Positions 24,760-29,413 of a stretch of 29,413 nucleotides of DNA are shown here, one piece after another. The notes beneath the pieces were generated by a model. That model was not told where the DNA came from. It ran no database searches and worked only from the letters and a program-made list of their open reading frames with translations. The stretch's first letter is position 1, and the number at the start of each line of letters is the position of its first letter. Source of the stretch: a candidate division WOR-3 bacterium (lineage in GTDB: Bacteria > Hydrothermota > Tepidihabitantia > Tepidihabitantales > DTDR01); contig JBDRVN010000017.1 in NCBI GenBank assembly GCA_039801885.1, positions 1 to 29,413 of the forward strand, read 5' to 3'. The position numbers were made by a program, and so were the translations under genes.

Positions 24760-27315
24760 ATGTTATTAGAGAAATTTACCCAAAAAGCTCAAGAAGCAAT
24801 AATTCGGGCTAAGGAACTTGCCGAAGAGAAAAGAAATCCAGAAATAAAGCCAGTTCATCTTCTTTTTTCTTTATTAGAAGACGAAGAAGGAGTTGTTTTT
24901 AAAATCCTTAAAAAGATTGGGATAAATTTAGAAAGATTAAAAGAAGATTTAGAGAACCTTTTAAAAAGAGAGCCGGTGGTAAGTTCTGCTACTGATGCCT
25001 ATGTTGGTTATGAAACAAAAAGGGCTTTGGATTCGGCATTAGAATGGGCAAACCAGATGAAGGATGATTATGCGGGAACTGAACATCTTTTTCTTGCCTT
25101 AATTGATAATGCTTCATTAAAAAATTTATTCCGAAATCATAATTTAACTCTTGATTTATTTTTAAGTGGTTTAAAAGAGATAAGAGGTCACCAAAGAATT
25201 ACTTCCCCGGATGCGGAAGAGACTTATGAAGCCTTATTAAAATTTGGCAGGGATTTGACGGAAATGGCGAAAGAGGGAAAACTTGACCCGGTTATTGGTC
25301 GAGAGGAGGAGATTAGAAGGGTTATTCAAATTCTATCAAGGAGAACAAAGAATAATCCGGTTTTAATTGGTGATGCCGGTGTCGGTAAGACGGCAATTGT
25401 TGAAGGGCTTGCCCAGAGGATTGTGAAAAATGATGTTCCGGAAAAATTAAAAGAAACAAGAATTTTTGCTTTAGATATGGGAGCCTTGATTGCTGGCACA
25501 AAATATCGGGGTGAATTTGAGAATCGTTTAAAAGCAGTTTTAAAAGAGATAAAGGCACAGGAAGGAAGAATTATTCTTTTTATTGATGAAGTTCATACCG
25601 TAGTCGGTGCTGGTGCTGCCGAGGGAGCGATGGATGCGGCAAATATTTTAAAACCGATGCTTGCTCGAGGAGAATTAAGATGTATCGGTGCAACAACCGT
25701 TCAGGAATATCGGAAATATATTGAAAAAGATAAGGCATTAGAAAGAAGATTTCAACCGGTATTTGTTAATGAACCATCAGTAGAAGAGACAATTTCCATT
25801 TTAAGAGGATTAAAAGAAAGATACGAAGTCCATCACGGAGTAAAGATTAGTGATTCCGCCTTAGTGGCGGCAGCCGTTTTATCAAAAAGATATATTTCTG
25901 ACAGGTTTTTGCCGGATAAGGCAATTGATTTAGTAGACGAAGCAGCAGCAAAATTGAAAATGGAGATTACTTCCAAACCGAAAAAGATTGATGAGATTGA
26001 AAGGAAGATTTGGCAGTTGGATATGGAGAGGATTTCTTTACAATCAGAAGATGATAAAGAGGCAAAAGAGAGGTTAAAGACAATTGAAGAAGAGTTGAAA
26101 AAATTAAAAGAAGAAAAACAAGAGTTGGAAAAGAAATGGCAAAAAGAAAAAGAATTTATTAGTAAAATTAATAAAATAAAAGAGGAGATTGAAAAGACTA
26201 AAAAAGAGATTGAGAAGGCAGAAAGAGTTTATGATTTAAATCAGGCAGCCGAATTGAAGTATGGAAAATTGACGAAGTTGGAAAAGGAATTGATAAAATT
26301 GGAAGAGGAGATAGAAAAGCTTGATAAAGATGGAAAAAGATTATTAAGAGAGTTAGTTACTGAGGAAGATATTGCTGAGGTTGTTTCTTTGTGGACGGGC
26401 ATACCGATAACAAAACTTTTGGAATCAGAAAAAGAGAAGTTAAAAAAGTTAGAGGACTATATTCATCAAAGATTAGTTAATCAAAAGGAGGCAGTAAAGT
26501 TAGTATGTGATTCAATAAGAAGGGCGAGGCTTGGTTTGAAAGAGGAGAAAAGACCAATTGGTTCATTTCTTTTCTTGGGTCCAACCGGTGTGGGAAAAAC
26601 TGAATTGGCAAGGACCTTAGCAGCCGTTTTATTTGACAGTGATGATGCGATGATTAGGATCGATATGTCGGAATATATGGAAAAACATAATGTTTCTCGT
26701 TTAATTGGTGCGCCACCGGGTTATGTTGGTTATGAAGAAGGCGGTCAATTAACCGAGGCGGTGAGAAAAAGACCTTATTCGGTTATCCTTTTTGATGAGA
26801 TTGAAAAAGCCCACCCGGATGTTTTTAATATCTTTTTACAAATTTTAGATGATGGAAGACTTACTGATGGTCAAGGAAGAGTTGTTGATTTTAAAAATAC
26901 AATAATTATTATGACTTCCAATTTGGGAACCGAGTTGATTAAAGAAGGGACAATAAGGAAGCAAGAATTGTTGACCCTGTTGAAAAGAAGTTTTCGTCCG
27001 GAATTCCTTAATCGGATTGATGAAATTGTGATTTTTAATCCCCTATCTTATGCTGATGTTCAAAAAATTATTGACATTCAATTAAATTTGCTTAAAATTA
27101 GATTAAAGGAAACGGGGGTAGAGTTGATAGTAGAGGAAAAGGTGAAAGATAAGATTGCCGATGAAGGTTTTGATAAAGAATTTGGTGCCCGACCATTAAA
27201 AAGAACAATCCAAAGACTTATTGAGAATCCTTTAACCAAATTACTTCTTGATGAAAAACCCAAAAAGATAACCGCCTATTTGGAAAACGGGGAAATAAAG
27301 TTTAAAAAAGAATAA
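24760..27315 (+). CDS. clpB: ATP-dependent chaperone ClpB
   Basis: Start moved to ATG 24760 (GGAGG at 24750-24754). Clp N domain; two AAA+ modules ([16 protein letters not shown]); long coiled-coil M domain including [20 protein letters not shown]; no ClpP-binding IGF loop. Confidence 0.95.
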   Translation: MLLEKFTQKAQEAIIRAKELAEEKRNPEIKPVHLLFSLLEDEEGVVFKILKKIGINLERLKEDLENLLKREPVVSSATDAYVGYETKRALDSALEWANQMKDDYAGTEHLFLALIDNASLKNLFRNHNLTLDLFLSGLKEIRGHQRITSPDAEETYEALLKFGRDLTEMAKEGKLDPVIGREEEIRRVIQILSRRTKNNPVLIGDAGVGKTAIVEGLAQRIVKNDVPEKLKETRIFALDMGALIAGTKYRGEFENRLKAVLKEIKAQEGRIILFIDEVHTVVGAGAAEGAMDAANILKPMLARGELRCIGATTVQEYRKYIEKDKALERRFQPVFVNEPSVEETISILRGLKERYEVHHGVKISDSALVAAAVLSKRYISDRFLPDKAIDLVDEAAAKLKMEITSKPKKIDEIERKIWQLDMERISLQSEDDKEAKERLKTIEEELKKLKEEKQELEKKWQKEKEFISKINKIKEEIEKTKKEIEKAERVYDLNQAAELKYGKLTKLEKELIKLEEEIEKLDKDGKRLLRELVTEEDIAEVVSLWTGIPITKLLESEKEKLKKLEDYIHQRLVNQKEAVKLVCDSIRRARLGLKEEKRPIGSFLFLGPTGVGKTELARTLAAVLFDSDDAMIRIDMSEYMEKHNVSRLIGAPPGYVGYEEGGQLTEAVRKRPYSVILFDEIEKAHPDVFNIFLQILDDGRLTDGQGRVVDFKNTIIIMTSNLGTELIKEGTIRKQELLTLLKRSFRPEFLNRIDEIVIFNPLSYADVQKIIDIQLNLLKIRLKETGVELIVEEKVKDKIADEGFDKEFGARPLKRTIQRLIENPLTKLLLDEKPKKITAYLENGEIKFKKE

Positions 27316-27390
27316 TCTGCCGAGGGCGGGTTTTCATCCCTCCTTCCCCTCAACCTCGTAAATCCCTCCACTCGCCCTCGGCAGATTATT
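27311..27390 (+). other. Long GC-rich stem-loop at the clpB 3' end with a C/U-rich anti-SD-like loop (terminator/stabiliser or 3'UTR sRNA)
   Basis: AATAATCTGCCGAGGGCGGGT (27311-27331) pairs with ACTCGCCCTCGGCAGATTATT (27370-27390) with one G.U pair; 38-nt loop contains ATCCCTCC twice. Confidence 0.8.
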
Positions 27391-27391
27391 A

Positions 27392-27420
27392 TTGACTTTT
27401 CCACTTTTAAAAAATATAAT
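27392..27420 (+). promoter_or_regulatory. Sigma70-type promoter for the M23 peptidase (leaderless)
   Basis: TTGACT-17 nt-TATAAT, then 6 nt to the ATG at 27427. Confidence 0.8.
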
Positions 27421-27426
27421 TTTAAG

Positions 27427-28506
27427 ATGATAAAAATTTTTTTCTTATCCTTTTTACTTACTTATGAAATTTATGTTGTTAGAAAGAACGATACTCCTTC
27501 TAATATATTAGAAAAAAGAATTAGTCAAAAAAATTTAACGGAGAGGATTCTTAAATTTTTTTCATTACTCAATTTAACAAAAAATATTAACATCGGTGAT
27601 ACTTTTCTTTTTACTGATACTTTAATAATTTATAAAAAAGATATTTTTAAGACCTATTATTTTTACAAAAAAGAAGATTATGTGAATTTGGCAATGCCTT
27701 TTTATTTTCTTGTGAAAAATAAAAAAGTGGTAAAAGGAGAGATAGAAAATTCTCTTTATTTTAGTATGCTTTCTTTAAAGGAAACTCCGAAATTGGTAAG
27801 TAGCTTTGCTGAGATTTTGGAATGGGATATTGATTTCTTTACTGAATCCCATAAAGGTGATTCTTGGTTTTGTTATTTGGAAAAGGTTTATTTAGTAAAT
27901 ATTAATAATGAGACAATTCCTTATGATTACGGAAATATTTTTGCTGTCCGCTATAATGGAAAAGTTGGTAATTTTTATGGTTTTTATTATAAAGGTTATT
28001 TTTATGATTTTAAAGGACAATCTTTAAAAAGGGGATTTTTACGTTCGCCATTAAGATATTCTTATATTTCTTCCCATTTTTCTTTTGCCCGTTTTCATCC
28101 AATTTTAAAAATTGTCCGACCCCATTTAGGAACAGATTATGTCGCACCAAAGGGAACACCAGTTTCTGCCTTAGGGGACGGTCATGTAAGTTATATTGGT
28201 TATAAAGGTGGTTATGGAAATTTAGTAGAGATTACCCATCCTAATGGTTATAAAACAAGATATGGTCATTTATCAAGATTTGGAAGAAATATAAAAAGGG
28301 GAAAGAAAGTAAAACAGGGTGAGATTATTGGCTATGTTGGTCAGACAGGATTAGCGACAGGTCCCCATCTCCATTTTGAAGTGATAAAAGATGGCAGACA
28401 TATTAATCCATTGAAAATAAAAACTGCCCGATATAAAGTATTAACCAATGAAGAAATCAAAGAATTTCAAATAGTTAGAGATTCCTTAGTTAAAATCTTA
28501 CAATAA
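27427..28506 (+). CDS. M23 family peptidoglycan DD-endopeptidase (MepM/Csd3-like)
   Basis: ISSHF...RFHPILK..RPHLGTDY (HxxxD), GYGNLVEITH, TRYGHL, TGPHLHFE (HxH). Confidence 0.93.
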   Translation: MIKIFFLSFLLTYEIYVVRKNDTPSNILEKRISQKNLTERILKFFSLLNLTKNINIGDTFLFTDTLIIYKKDIFKTYYFYKKEDYVNLAMPFYFLVKNKKVVKGEIENSLYFSMLSLKETPKLVSSFAEILEWDIDFFTESHKGDSWFCYLEKVYLVNINNETIPYDYGNIFAVRYNGKVGNFYGFYYKGYFYDFKGQSLKRGFLRSPLRYSYISSHFSFARFHPILKIVRPHLGTDYVAPKGTPVSALGDGHVSYIGYKGGYGNLVEITHPNGYKTRYGHLSRFGRNIKRGKKVKQGEIIGYVGQTGLATGPHLHFEVIKDGRHINPLKIKTARYKVLTNEEIKEFQIVRDSLVKILQ

Positions 28507-28513
28507 GTTTTTA

Positions 28514-28542
28514 TTGACTTTAAAAATTTTTTAATTTATAAT
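28514..28542 (+). promoter_or_regulatory. Sigma70-type promoter for the repeat surface protein
   Basis: TTGACT-17 nt-TATAAT; about 45-nt leader with AAGGAGG at 28580-28586. Confidence 0.75.
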
Positions 28543-28591
28543 AAGATGTGGAAGGAAAAATAAAATTATCTTTTTATATAAGGAGGTTATA

Positions 28592-29413
28592 ATGAGAAAA
28601 AATTATTTTTTAATTTTATTTTCTTTATTTATTTTTGGTTTATCTTTTTCTCAGGTTCATGATGTTGGCGTTCTTTCAATCATTACACCGGTTGATACAA
28701 TAAGAGAAGATACAACAATTTTTCCCCAAGCAAGGATTACAAATTTTGGAACAGAAGGAGAGATATTTGAGGTTTTATTTAAGATTACCGATGAATTAGG
28801 AAACGATGTTTATTATAAAATTGATACTTTAAATCTTACTCCTGATGAAACTACCGATTATACATTCAGCCAAAGTTGGTTAGCGGTAAGAGGTAATTAT
28901 ACTGTCAAATGTTCAACAATGTTATCAGGGGATATTAATAATGATAATGACTGGCAAGATTCTTCGCTTTTTATTATTGCTCACGATGTTGGAGTTGAGT
29001 ATATAATTCAGCCTGTTGACACGATATTAGAGGGGGTTCCGATAGTGCCGCAGGTGGTGGTAAGGAATTATGGTAATGTTGTTGAGGATTTTGATGTGAT
29101 ATTTAGGATAGGAAGTGTATATGAGGATACGGTTTCGGTGGTTGGTTTATTACCTGATTCAGTTTTTACGGTTAGTTTTAGTTCTTGGAGTACGGTTCGT
29201 GGTGGTTATGTTGTAAGTTGTACGACATTATTAGCGGGAGATTTATATCCAAGTAACGACAAAAAGGATAGTTCTTTATTTGTCGTTTATCATGATGTTG
29301 GAGTTGAATACATAATTTCGCCTGTTGATACGTTATTAGAGGGTCAATTAGTTATGCCGCAGGTTAGGCTAATAAATTTTGGTAATATAAGTGAGAGATT
29401 TCCTGTGTTATTC
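28592..29413 (+). CDS. Exported protein with tandem CARDB/Ig-like repeats; runs off window end
   Basis: Manual translation is open for 274 codons: MRKNYFLILFSLFIFGLSFSQVHDVGVLSIITPVDT...; signal peptide and perfect SD. Not in the supplied ORF track. Confidence 0.9.
   Translation, partial: MRKNYFLILFSLFIFGLSFSQVHDVGVLSIITPVDTIREDTTIFPQARITNFGTEGEIFEVLFKITDELGNDVYYKIDTLNLTPDETTDYTFSQSWLAVRGNYTVKCSTMLSGDINNDNDWQDSSLFIIAHDVGVEYIIQPVDTILEGVPIVPQVVVRNYGNVVEDFDVIFRIGSVYEDTVSVVGLLPDSVFTVSFSSWSTVRGGYVVSCTTLLAGDLYPSNDKKDSSLFVVYHDVGVEYIISPVDTLLEGQLVMPQVRLINFGNISERFPVLF
28658..29413 (+). repeat. Tandem protein-domain repeats (108 aa, 103 aa, third partial)
   Basis: HDVGV..II.PVDT...P...NFG/NYG...C.T.L.GD....ND..DSSLF units begin at 28658, 28982 and 29291. 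Confidence 0.88.

Noticed and set aside
309-27263. Other short overlapping ORFs (309-572, 3684-3989, 4541-4753, 8353-8646, 10316-10546, four in 11168-11653, 11786-12001, 11849-12055, 12496-12876, 13927-14193, 15855-16055, 18672-19094, 23328-23714, 25322-25558, 27078-27263)
   Set aside because: All lie wholly or almost wholly within well-supported genes, in alternative frames or on the opposite strand, and show no recognisable features.
27302-27337. Minus-strand mini-[14 protein letters not shown] behind AAGGAGGG in the hairpin loop
   Set aside because: SD-to-ATG spacing is about 1 nt, the ORF is buried in the stem, and no minus-strand promoter was seen.
27311-27390. Hairpin as tRNA, SRP RNA, CRISPR repeat or IS end
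   Set aside because: No cloverleaf or T-loop, no SRP GNRA domain, single copy in the window, and no transposase or clear target duplication.

Overview
AT-rich, densely coded bacterial chromosomal segment. The gene content (PorV-family barrels, T9SS-like C-terminal sorting domains, CARDB-type repeats, V-type ATPase subunit D, Lys/Glu-rich proteins) suggests an FCB-superphylum organism, probably thermophilic and possibly candidate phylum WOR-3. That assignment is inference only. Housekeeping genes: hisS, orphan V-ATPase subunit D, radC, polA, an RmlA/SpsI-like nucleotidyltransferase, purH, clpB and an M23 peptidase. There are two DNA methyltransferases, one truncated by the window edge and missing from the ORF track, and a probable unclassified restriction endonuclease. 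The main candidate system is a four-gene envelope operon (7225-15119) bounded by its own promoter and terminator: lipoprotein, TonB-dependent receptor, large protein with a C-terminal sorting domain, and PorV-family barrel. The receptor and its neighbour each carry a canonical EF-hand Ca2+ loop, and all four genes have a perfect AAGGAGG. In contrast, eight genes that head their own transcription unit appear leaderless, with the ATG 5-9 nt after the -10 box. Two unexplained non-coding elements stand out. One is a 21-bp hairpin at the clpB 3' end displaying anti-Shine-Dalgarno motifs. The other is an ECF-type promoter followed by an SD/GGA-rich stretch with no ORF; the two are complementary over 10 nt. 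No rRNA, tRNA, CRISPR array or transposase was seen.
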